The notes: a model not told the origin generated them from the sequence alone. Shown: positions 39,294 to 46,665, numbered from the stretch's first letter. The stretch is DNA of 64,000 nucleotides from Phycisphaerae bacterium (GCA_034439815.1 JAWXBD010000173.1:1874-65873), one strand, 5' to 3'. Program-made: numbers and translations.

Positions 39294-40577
39294 TCACAGG
39301 ATCGTGATCCGCCCGGTTCCGATCCGGTACAGCACGATCGCCAGCAGCTGGCAGCGCTCGACGAGGCTCGGAATCTCGATGAACTCGTCGGTGCGGTGAA
39401 GGTTTCCCCCGCGAATGCCGAGCGTGTCGAGCGTGAGCAGCCCGACCGACTGCAGGACGTTTCCGTCGCAGACGCCGCCGGTGGTGGTGAACGGCAGCGG
39501 CTGACCGAGATCCGTCGCGACATCGCGAACGGCCATGGCGAAGCGTTCGACCTCGGGCGTCATCGGCTTGGCCGCACGCGCGAAGGTGCGCCGCAGCATC
39601 ACGCCGGGCAGCGTGTCGCCGGTGGTGTTGAGCGAATCCAGTCGCCGCGCGAGTTCGACCTGCGCCTTGGGATCGGCGAAGCGCACGTTGCCCCACGCGC
39701 TCGCATGGTCGGGCACCGCGTTCGACACGAGACCGCCTTCCAGTGGACCGATGTTCACGATGCGCCCCGCATCAGGCGCCGACGCGGCGGCAGCATCGAG
39801 AATCGCCTGGGCGAGCGCGTTGACCGCTGAAACGCCTTTGATGAAATCGCGCCCCGCATGCGCCGTGCGGCCGGTGCAGTCGATGCGGAAATGACCGGAG
39901 CCCATGCGCGCCACGACGAGCCCGCCGTTGTCGCTCGCCGGTTCGAGCGCGATGCCCACATCGTGCAGGCGCCCCGCATCTTCAATGTGGCGAGCGGAGT
40001 GAAACGAACCGGTCTCCTCGTCGCTGTTCAAGAGGAATGACCAGCGCAGCGAGTTCGACACGTCGGCGCGCTGCATCAGCGCCTCGAGCGCGTGCAGCGC
40101 GAGCGTGATGCCTCCCTTCATGTCGGCGGCACCGGGACCGCGCGCGATCGTGTCGGATTCGCGCGTGAGACGCTGAAACGTGCCGACCGGATCGTGCACG
40201 GTGTCGATGTGGCCCGCGAGCAGCACGCGCGGTCCGGATGCATGAGGTGTAAGTCCGCAGCGCGACGCGATGATCGTCGGCGGAGCGGAAGCCAGCGGTG
40301 CTTTGGGCGACGCGATGCCGCGCTCGGACGGAAGCGTGAGCCAGACAGGCCGCTCGTCGCCCGCATGTTCGGTGATGACCGCGCCGAGTTCCTGGAGCCG
40401 CTCCGCCAGCATCCCGCGCAGTTCGTCGAGGCCGGGCGTGAACGCGGCGCCCGTCGGGATCGCGACGTAGCGCTCGAGGTCTGCGTACAGCGCCTCCCCG
40501 CGCGCCGCGATGTCGCGGCAGAGCATCTGCTCCGCGGTGTCGAGACCGGCCGCGCGGTTCACTGCTGGAGTCGTCAT
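39294..40577 (-). CDS. M20 family metallopeptidase (carboxypeptidase G2 / desuccinylase-like)
   Basis: I chose the start at 40577 (MTTPAVNRA...), which overlaps the dapF stop (ATGA). Motifs LLAGHIDTVH, GPGAADMKGG, LNSDEETGS. Confidence 0.85.
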   Translation of the reverse strand: MTTPAVNRAAGLDTAEQMLCRDIAARGEALYADLERYVAIPTGAAFTPGLDELRGMLAERLQELGAVITEHAGDERPVWLTLPSERGIASPKAPLASAPPTIIASRCGLTPHASGPRVLLAGHIDTVHDPVGTFQRLTRESDTIARGPGAADMKGGITLALHALEALMQRADVSNSLRWSFLLNSDEETGSFHSARHIEDAGRLHDVGIALEPASDNGGLVVARMGSGHFRIDCTGRTAHAGRDFIKGVSAVNALAQAILDAAAASAPDAGRIVNIGPLEGGLVSNAVPDHASAWGNVRFADPKAQVELARRLDSLNTTGDTLPGVMLRRTFARAAKPMTPEVERFAMAVRDVATDLGQPLPFTTTGGVCDGNVLQSVGLLTLDTLGIRGGNLHRTDEFIEIPSLVERCQLLAIVLYRIGTGRITIL

Positions 40578-41515
40578 CCGCGAACGGCCTCGATGTCGGC
40601 GGGCGCCGCGAGAAAGGACGGCGCGAACACGCCTTCGAACACTTCGGTTGCCGGTCCGGTCATGATCACCTGCCGTCCGTCTCCGTCCCATTGCAGATGA
40701 AGATCACCGCCCGGCAGGTGCGCGTGAATGCTTGGTGCCGTCTTGCCGGCCAGGACGCCGGCGACGCACACGGCGCTCGCGCCGGTTCCGCACGCGCGTG
40801 TGACGCCGCTGCCGCGCTCCCACGTGCGCATGATGACTTCGTCGGGCGCGACGACCTGCACGAAATGCACATTGATGCGGTTGGGGAAGAACGCCGCGCG
40901 CTCTAGCACCGTGCCGACGAGCGCGAGCGGGACGCGCGCGACATCGCGGCAGAAGATCACCGCATGCGGATTGCCCATCGACACGCACGTCATTGCAGTC
41001 TCGCAGCCCGCGGCGTCGAGCCATCCTGCAGGGCCGACACTCATGAGCAGTTCGCGCGGAATCGCGTGCGCGATCACGCGGTCATCGGCGTGAACGCCCG
41101 GAATTCGCACCGGAATCTGGCCCGCAGCAAGGATCGGTTCGCCCATCTCGACAGCCGCGTGCGCCACCGTGCCGTCCTCGCCAAGAGTCCATCGAATGGC
41201 GAGGACTCCGCGGCCGGTCTGCACGCGGATCGGATTCTCACGGGCGATGCCGCGGTCCACCGCGAACTTCGCGACACAGCGGATGCCGTTGCCGCACATC
41301 TCGCTTTCACTGCCGTCGGCATTGAACATGCGCATCCGCACGTCGGCCGAGACGCCCGACGATGGAGGCGCGACGAGAATCAGTCCGTCGCTGCCGACGC
41401 CGGTGTGCCGATCAGCGACCTTCCGCGCGAGCGCTGCGGGATCAGCGACCCGCTCCTCGAACGCGTTGATGTACACGTAGTCGTTGCCAATGCCATGCAT
41501 CTTTACGAAGCGCAT
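40574..41515 (-). CDS. dapF: diaminopimelate epimerase
   Basis: 313 aa. FVKMHGIGNDYVYI, GSDGLILV, both catalytic Cys contexts (MCGNGIRCVAKF and ACGTGASA). Confidence 0.95.
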   Translation of the reverse strand: MRFVKMHGIGNDYVYINAFEERVADPAALARKVADRHTGVGSDGLILVAPPSSGVSADVRMRMFNADGSESEMCGNGIRCVAKFAVDRGIARENPIRVQTGRGVLAIRWTLGEDGTVAHAAVEMGEPILAAGQIPVRIPGVHADDRVIAHAIPRELLMSVGPAGWLDAAGCETAMTCVSMGNPHAVIFCRDVARVPLALVGTVLERAAFFPNRINVHFVQVVAPDEVIMRTWERGSGVTRACGTGASAVCVAGVLAGKTAPSIHAHLPGGDLHLQWDGDGRQVIMTGPATEVFEGVFAPSFLAAPADIEAVRG

Positions 41516-41519
41516 CGTC

Positions 41520-43013
41520 TTATCGTACCGTGCGCGCGTGTGCGGTTGATGCAGCCACGCGCGCCTCGGCCTCGTCCGCGTGCGCCAGCTCCCACGCGAG
41601 CAGCGCTCCGAGCACGACGAGGCTGCACGCGGCCGTGAGCTTGAGCGAGGCGATCAACCGATCGATCCCGAGGCGATCGATGCGCTGGCCGACCAGAGCC
41701 GCAAGATACTGCTGCCGCCAGCGGATCGAGCCGTGCCGCCACGAAAACTGCCCGGACGGCACGCCTGCGTGGCGGGCGACATTCGCCAATGCCGCGGTCA
41801 TCGCCATGACCGCTCCGGGCGTGATGTCGCTGCCTCCGGCCTCGCGGGAGAGGTACTGCACGGCGAACGCGTCCGCCTGCCGTTCGAATCGTCGCGACAC
41901 CCAGCCGAACGCGATGAGGGCGACGGCACCGGCGCCGATGGCGGCGCTCCGATCGAGCCAGTCCACCGCCGTCTGGAACGTCGCGGCGTCCAGCGACGAG
42001 TCGACGAGCCGCTCGTACACCGCGCGCAGGGGCAGTTCCATCGCGATCGACGACACAGCGAGCAGCACGAGCAGGACGCCGAGCATCCACGGTAGATGCC
42101 GGCGGCGGACGTGGCCGATTTCGTGAGCCATCACCGCGCGGAGCTCTTCGCGCGGCAGAAGTTCGAGCAGACCGTCGGTGAGCATGACAAAACGCAGCGG
42201 CGCGATCAGACCCATGACTGCGCCGTTCACCATGCCGTACTCGGTCCGCCACAGGAGCACATCGCGGACACGCACGCCGCATCCCGCGCACACCGCCAGC
42301 AGGTCGTCGCGGAGGGTTCCGGATGCAAGCGGCCGCACGTCAAGCACCAGCCGCGCGATCCAGGGGCTGACGACATACACCGTCGCCCCGATCGCGAGCG
42401 TCGTCAGCTCGCGGCCGCCCGCGTTCCACCACGCCGGCCAGGCGCTGCGCATGAGCGGCTCGAGCAGTTCGGAGACTGCGAGCACGATCATGACCGGCAC
42501 CAGAATGAGCAGAATGTTGGTGCGCACGCGCGCGACGACGAACTTCCACGCTGCGGGCCACGGCGCGACCGGCAGCCCTTCATCGAGACGGCGAATGAGC
42601 GACGCTTCGCGCACGCGCCGCTCCATCGGCGCCTGCAAGGACCATGAGATGGCCATCGCGGCGAATGCGGGGGTGAGTGCCACCATCTCGTCGATCGCAG
42701 GCAGGTCGCCGATTATGCGGCGCACAGTTTCAAGCCAGCCGAAGCCGAAGACTGCGACGGCGAGAGCGGCGAGCGCAAACCATGGAACGAATCGCGCGAA
42801 CATCTCGGCACGATCGAAGGTGATCACGCCGCGGGCGTCGCGGTCGTCGAGCATCCGCAGCGCGCGGCGGGTGAGAATCGCCTGGAGTCCGAGCGGCACC
42901 GCCATCGGCAGCGCTGCGGCGCACAGTGAAGCCCACGGCCAGACGGCGGCGGCGCTCGGCGAGCGATCCTCGAGCAGAACCACTGCCACCAGAATGAGCA
43001 CGATCAGTTGCAC
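41520..43013 (-). CDS. M48 family (HtpX/Ste24-like) integral-membrane zinc metallopeptidase
   Basis: 497 aa, multi-TM. VMAHEIGHVRRRH (HExxH) and a downstream ERQADAFAV Glu motif. Confidence 0.85.
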   Translation of the reverse strand: MQLIVLILVAVVLLEDRSPSAAAVWPWASLCAAALPMAVPLGLQAILTRRALRMLDDRDARGVITFDRAEMFARFVPWFALAALAVAVFGFGWLETVRRIIGDLPAIDEMVALTPAFAAMAISWSLQAPMERRVREASLIRRLDEGLPVAPWPAAWKFVVARVRTNILLILVPVMIVLAVSELLEPLMRSAWPAWWNAGGRELTTLAIGATVYVVSPWIARLVLDVRPLASGTLRDDLLAVCAGCGVRVRDVLLWRTEYGMVNGAVMGLIAPLRFVMLTDGLLELLPREELRAVMAHEIGHVRRRHLPWMLGVLLVLLAVSSIAMELPLRAVYERLVDSSLDAATFQTAVDWLDRSAAIGAGAVALIAFGWVSRRFERQADAFAVQYLSREAGGSDITPGAVMAMTAALANVARHAGVPSGQFSWRHGSIRWRQQYLAALVGQRIDRLGIDRLIASLKLTAACSLVVLGALLAWELAHADEAEARVAASTAHARTVR

Positions 43014-43053
43014 GCGCGGTTGCTGCTCCGACGTTTCTGGAACCTGTGCGACG

Positions 43054-44514
43054 TCATTGGCGTTCGATCGTCCCCAGGTCGACGACCACGCGGTCGTAAC
43101 GATAGAAGTCGACGTTCAGGTGATCGGCATTGACAAACGTCAGCACCACGCAGTTCGCGCGCGTCCCGTCCGCAAACTGAAAGTCGCCCATGTGCGGGCC
43201 GGCATAGCGGCGGTTGTCGTACTCCTGCGCGTGAAAGTGCACGTGAAAGAGACTCGTATACAGCGCGTCCATCAGCGCCTGCGGCGATTCATATCGTTTG
43301 TCATTGGCGCGCGAACGGCTTGGGTATTCCACCAGATCGAATCGCCCGCGCGCGTCGAGTTGCAGCACACCGCCGTACTCCGTCGACGTATCAGCAAGGT
43401 CGCGGTCCGCGACAGCGAAGAGGTGCGCCCGCACTTCCGGAACGCGCAGCGCCTCGGTCAGCAGCAGCATCGCGGCGCGATCACCCCAAGTCAGCTTTTT
43501 GGAAACGACTGCGAGCCGCTCGCTGAACATGCCATCCAGTCCGCGATTGAAGCCCTCGAAGTCCGGGCTGTAGATCGGCCGCCCTGTGCCGCCCGTCGCA
43601 ACCGTGATCTGCTCCTCAATCGCCTCGTCGCTCATCGTGAACACCGCGGGCTGATGGCGGGCCGCGGCCGCGGCGACAGGCACGTCGCGCAGCTCGACGG
43701 CGGCGCGGCGCTCCGCCGGAATCTGCGCGATTGCCGCCTTCGCTGCGCTCCAGAACGCCTCGTTCTTCGGAGTCCGCAGCGAGCGCAGCCAGAGAATCTC
43801 TTCGCGGTTCCTCGGCAGAACGCCAAGATCCACCACGCCCGCGCGGAGATCGAGCAGCATGGCGTCCTTTCCCAGCGCTGACTCATCGGCGAGGATCGCA
43901 CGCAGCCGGTCTTCCTGTCCTTCAAGCAACAGAAGTTCCCAGCAGCGTGCCCGCAGGTTGGACTGCGTGATAGGGTTCGCGGTCCGCATCGCTTCGAGCA
44001 GTGTGTCGACGATGCGGTCCTCCCCGTGGAGCGTGGCGAGGGCGAGCCGTTCCGGCCGCTCCTTTCCGAGTGTCGCCCATGCACCGAGCGGTGTCGCCCA
44101 GGCGCGGATGAGCGTCGGTGTCATCTCGATCCAGTGATCCGCGGCGATGCGCTCGCAAAGCTCGCGCCGCCATTCGAGCGCCTCCATCTTTGGGAGATGC
44201 AATTGAAGTGAGTCGCTCAGCCCCTGCGGATCAATTTCGCGCAGCCGCGCGTATGCCGCCCGGCGAGCGTCGATGACGTAGTTGGGCGAGACAACGATGC
44301 GGCGCAGTGCCTGGCGATACTTCGGGTCCTGTCCAAGCCGATCGCCCGCGGCCATGGCTGCGAGATAGTCGCGGCCTGGCCGACCCGGCTCACCCAGGAC
44401 CGCGATCGGATTATCGATCGTCGGCGTCGAGCAGCTGGACAGATGCATGAGCGCGTACGCGAGCACGAAGGTGGAAAGCACGCCAAGCGGCACGGTACGG
44501 AAGGGCTTCTGCAT
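43054..44514 (-). CDS. hypothetical lipoprotein with a possible JAB/MPN-like C-terminal domain
   Basis: I chose the start at 44514 (MQKPFRTVPLGVLSTFVLAYALMHLSSC), which gives a lipobox-like LSSC. The C-terminus reads EYGGVLQL...HVHFHAQEYDNRRYAGPHMGD. The Arg-rich extension of the tracked ORF is rejected. Confidence 0.6.
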   Translation of the reverse strand: MQKPFRTVPLGVLSTFVLAYALMHLSSCSTPTIDNPIAVLGEPGRPGRDYLAAMAAGDRLGQDPKYRQALRRIVVSPNYVIDARRAAYARLREIDPQGLSDSLQLHLPKMEALEWRRELCERIAADHWIEMTPTLIRAWATPLGAWATLGKERPERLALATLHGEDRIVDTLLEAMRTANPITQSNLRARCWELLLLEGQEDRLRAILADESALGKDAMLLDLRAGVVDLGVLPRNREEILWLRSLRTPKNEAFWSAAKAAIAQIPAERRAAVELRDVPVAAAAARHQPAVFTMSDEAIEEQITVATGGTGRPIYSPDFEGFNRGLDGMFSERLAVVSKKLTWGDRAAMLLLTEALRVPEVRAHLFAVADRDLADTSTEYGGVLQLDARGRFDLVEYPSRSRANDKRYESPQALMDALYTSLFHVHFHAQEYDNRRYAGPHMGDFQFADGTRANCVVLTFVNADHLNVDFYRYDRVVVDLGTIERQ

Positions 44515-44606
44515 CGGGGACCACTGAACAATCAGAGGAGGCGGATAGGGATCTCGTCGAACATTGCGTGTTGGTCTGACGGGGCGGTCCCGTATTATCA
44601 AAGGAA

Positions 44607-44972
44607 ATGCCGAATCGCACTCGACACAGCCTGCCAATTGCTTCGCCCCCACTTGCTTCGACCGGCACCGAAACCGTGTTGACCGCGACCGTCAGGGGCG
44701 GCGGCTGTCCGGCCAGCCCCGAAGCCAGCCCGGAAGCCAACCCGGAACTAATCGAGCGCGTCCGAACCATCTTGGATCTGATCCGCCCGGCCGTGCAGGA
44801 TGACGGGGGCGACGTTGAGCTGGTCGATGTCTCGCCCGACGGGCTGGTGCGGGTCCGGTTTCACGGGGCATGCGTCGGGTGTCCATCAAGTTCGATCACG
44901 CTGCAGACGGGGATTGAGCGGAACCTGCGCGACCATGTGGCCGAGGTCACGAGCGTCATCGCGATCCCGTGA
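44607..44972 (+). CDS. NifU C-terminal domain (Nfu-type) Fe-S cluster scaffold/carrier protein
   Basis: The C-terminal 75 aa LIERVRTILDLIRPAVQDDGGDVELVDV...VRFHGACVGCPSSSITLQ fit the NifU/Nfu CxxC domain. The start position is uncertain: the N-terminal roughly 45 aa are low complexity and include a 12-nt x3 repeat. Confidence 0.75.
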   Translation: MPNRTRHSLPIASPPLASTGTETVLTATVRGGGCPASPEASPEANPELIERVRTILDLIRPAVQDDGGDVELVDVSPDGLVRVRFHGACVGCPSSSITLQTGIERNLRDHVAEVTSVIAIP

Positions 44973-44998
44973 CGGCCGGCGCCCGGCCACTACCGCCG

Positions 44999-45055
44999 GG
45001 GGACCTGGCAGCTGGGACCTGGCAGCTGGGACCTGGCAGCTGGGACCTGGCAGCC
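44999..45055. repeat. 14-nt tandem repeat (gggacctggcagct) x4 upstream of csrA
   Basis: Direct reading: four consecutive, nearly perfect copies at 45000-45055, intergenic between the nifU-like gene and csrA. Confidence 0.95.
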
Positions 45056-45282
45056 CAGAGCGCGTCTACGAGAATTCCCTTCCACCAGCCGCAACCCTCG
45101 GCTACGCTCTGCCTCGACGACTGTACTCGCAGGCTGCGGTCACCGCCCGATGGGCAAACACCAGTGGCCAATCGCGGAGGACAGTCGTGCTGGTCGATGA
45201 TGGGTCGCCGCTCTGCGACCTGTCGCCGCCGAGCAGGCGACCCTCGCAAAGACGCGGGGAGAACAGGCAGGAGGTCCTGGCG

Positions 45283-45516
45283 ATGCTGGTCATCACACGC
45301 AAAGAAGGCGAAGAGGTCATCATCGGCGACCCCGCGGCGCCGATCGGTATCGTTCGCATCGCCACTATCAAAGGGGACCGCGTCCGGATCGCATTTGAAT
45401 TCCCGCGCGAGGTCCCGGTGCATCGGCGCGAAGTTGCGGAGCAGATTCTGTCCGCCGAGGCAGCGCAGGCCCAGATCATCGGATCGATTCGACCGGCGAC
45501 GGGCGAAGCAACCTGA
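45283..45516 (+). CDS. csrA: carbon storage regulator (translational repressor CsrA)
   Basis: 77 aa. MLVITRKEGEEVIIGD...VRIAFEFPREVPVHRREV, collinear with CsrA/RsmA. GGAGG RBS 8 nt upstream. The 238-aa tracked ORF is an upstream in-frame extension through repeat DNA. Confidence 0.93.
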   Translation: MLVITRKEGEEVIIGDPAAPIGIVRIATIKGDRVRIAFEFPREVPVHRREVAEQILSAEAAQAQIIGSIRPATGEAT

Positions 45517-45543
45517 CGGGCGACGGGCACCGAGCGGCCCGTT

Positions 45544-45595
45544 TCAACAGGCACCTGCAACGGGCACTTGCAACGGGCACTTGCAACGGGCACTT
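45544..45595. repeat. 13-nt tandem repeat (gcaacgggcactt) x3 plus one degenerate copy, just downstream of the csrA stop
   Basis: Direct reading of tcaacaggcacct gcaacgggcactt gcaacgggcactt gcaacgggcactt. Confidence 0.95.
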
Positions 45596-45610
45596 GATCA
45601 CCAGACGGTC

Positions 45611-45641
45611 CTCCCCTCAGCGGGGGGATCGTTTTTCGTTT
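45611..45641 (+). terminator. candidate intrinsic terminator of csrA
   Basis: A short GC stem (ctcccc / gggggg, loop tcagc) followed by atcgTTTTTcgTTT. Confidence 0.5.
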
Positions 45642-45664
45642 GAAGCGAACGAGTCGAATTGCCG

Positions 45665-46118
45665 CGCATGAAAAGGCCCCGGTCTTGGGTTGCAAGACCG
45701 GGGCGTTGCTTCTGTCGCGGCGAATCGATTGGCTATCCATGCCTGTCGCTTCGCCGCCCGAGCCGTGCCGCCTATCCGTAGCGGGCTCGGTCGCACAGCC
45801 GGGAAAAGGCCCCACGGCGCTTCGACCTCGAAAACTTCGAAGAGGAAGAAGCGTCGTGAAGTCGGATGTGCGGCGGTCGCTCACTCCGTCGCAGGGAACT
45901 CCTGTCCGCCGTCCTTGGCGGGCGCTTGTTCCGCTCATCCGCACCCAGAAACCGTTCGCCCGTGTGGAGAACGGCAATGGGTGCTTCCCTGCCCGGAAGC
46001 CGTCACCGATCCTTGGCGACGGCCGACGGGCGAATGTCCTGGCGAATTGCGGAGAGATCGGTCGGGATCCGTCCGCAGCGTGTCGTTCGATCGGTGCCGT
46101 TCTACTGACTTCCTCGCG
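45665..46118 (-). ncRNA. candidate structured non-coding RNA or mraZ 3' UTR with multiple GGA-in-loop hairpins (CsrB/Rsm-like decoy hypothesis)
   Basis: About 440 nt with no protein-like ORF in any frame. It ends in a strong minus-strand terminator. By eye there are 14 GGA on the minus strand against 8 on the plus strand. Several GGA sit in hairpin loops (AAGGAC, AAGGAUC, UACGGAUAG, AUGGAUA). The region is convergent with csrA. Confidence 0.3.
45677..45703 (-). terminator. intrinsic terminator (minus strand)
   Basis: 10-bp stem ccccggtctt/aagaccgggg with a 7-nt loop. On the minus strand it is followed by ccUUUUcaug. Confidence 0.65.
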
Positions 46119-46598
46119 CTACTTCGCCGCCGCGTCCGTGCGGCGGCGATCGGCGAGAGCTTGCCTCGCTCGTCGCCACACATCGGCTTGAGAGGGCTGC
46201 AGCGCCTGCTGCTCAGCCTTCCATGCCGTCGGATCACAGAGCTCCAGGTGATCCCGAACACCCAAAATCATCACACTCCCGGAGAGTCCAAACGCCTGAA
46301 GCAGCCGGTCTGGAATCCGTACCCGGCCTGCACCGTCGATCGGCAGTCGAGCGGCCTGCGAAAAGATCAGCCGTTCAAACTGCTGCATGTCTTCGTCACC
46401 GAGAAGCGATCCGCCCAGGGCCGTCGAAAGCTCCTGGAACGTCTTCTCGGGCCAGAGCCAAAGGCTGCCGTTCGAACCCGGGGCTGCGATGAGCGCTTCG
46501 CCGTGAAGCTCCGGCCGCAAAACATCGCGGAGTTCCGCGGGAATTGCGAGGCGTTGCTTCGGATCGAGGGAATGCTCATACTCACCGAGGAAGAACAC
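46119..46598 (-). CDS. mraZ: transcriptional regulator MraZ
   Basis: Two SpoVT/AbrB-like halves with DxxxR motifs (LDPKQRLAIPAELR and IDGAGRVRIPDRL). I chose the GTG at 46596-46598, which gives VFFLGEYEHSLD and matches the canonical MraZ N-terminus (MFxGxxxxxxD). The tracked start at 46646 would put the putative MraZ boxes inside the CDS. Confidence 0.88.
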   Translation of the reverse strand: MFFLGEYEHSLDPKQRLAIPAELRDVLRPELHGEALIAAPGSNGSLWLWPEKTFQELSTALGGSLLGDEDMQQFERLIFSQAARLPIDGAGRVRIPDRLLQAFGLSGSVMILGVRDHLELCDPTAWKAEQQALQPSQADVWRRARQALADRRRTDAAAK

Positions 46599-46630
46599 AC
46601 GACACCTCAGTTCTGACAAGTGGAAAAGTA

Positions 46631-46665
46631 ACCCACTCTGCCCCACCTTTCAACACTTCTCCCCA
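46631..46665 (-). promoter_or_regulatory. putative MraZ operator: three TGGGG/TGGGT direct repeats in phase (10- and 20-nt spacing) upstream of mraZ
   Basis: The minus-strand sense reads TGGGGagaagtgttgaaaggTGGGGcagagTGGGT, the complement of 46661-65, 46641-45 and 46631-35. It lies 33-67 nt upstream of the proposed GTG. E. coli MraZ binds TGGGN direct repeats with 10-nt periodicity. Confidence 0.45.

Noticed and set aside
44999-45595. Tandem repeat arrays considered as possible CRISPR arrays (also 39070-39134 and 63465-63548).
   Set aside because: The units are 5-14 nt and directly abutting, with no unique spacers of about 30 nt. No cas genes are present in the window.
45780-46080. A plus-strand CsrB-like decoy RNA downstream of csrA.
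   Set aside because: The plus strand has about 8 GGA in roughly 440 nt, near the composition-based expectation. No plus-strand terminator follows the segment. Enrichment and loop presentation appear only on the minus strand, which is reported as a finding.
45600-46118. Possible RNase P RNA, tmRNA, SRP RNA or 6S RNA in the non-coding gap after csrA.
   Set aside because: I looked on both strands for the near-universal RNase P P4 element GAGGAAAGUCCGG, the tmRNA 5' GGGG..UUCGAC / 3' T-arm-CCA ends with an ANDxxALAA-type tag ORF, and the SRP domain IV GGAA/AGCA loops. None is present beyond short chance similarities such as GGGUGCGGAUGAGCG. An Infernal scan would settle this.
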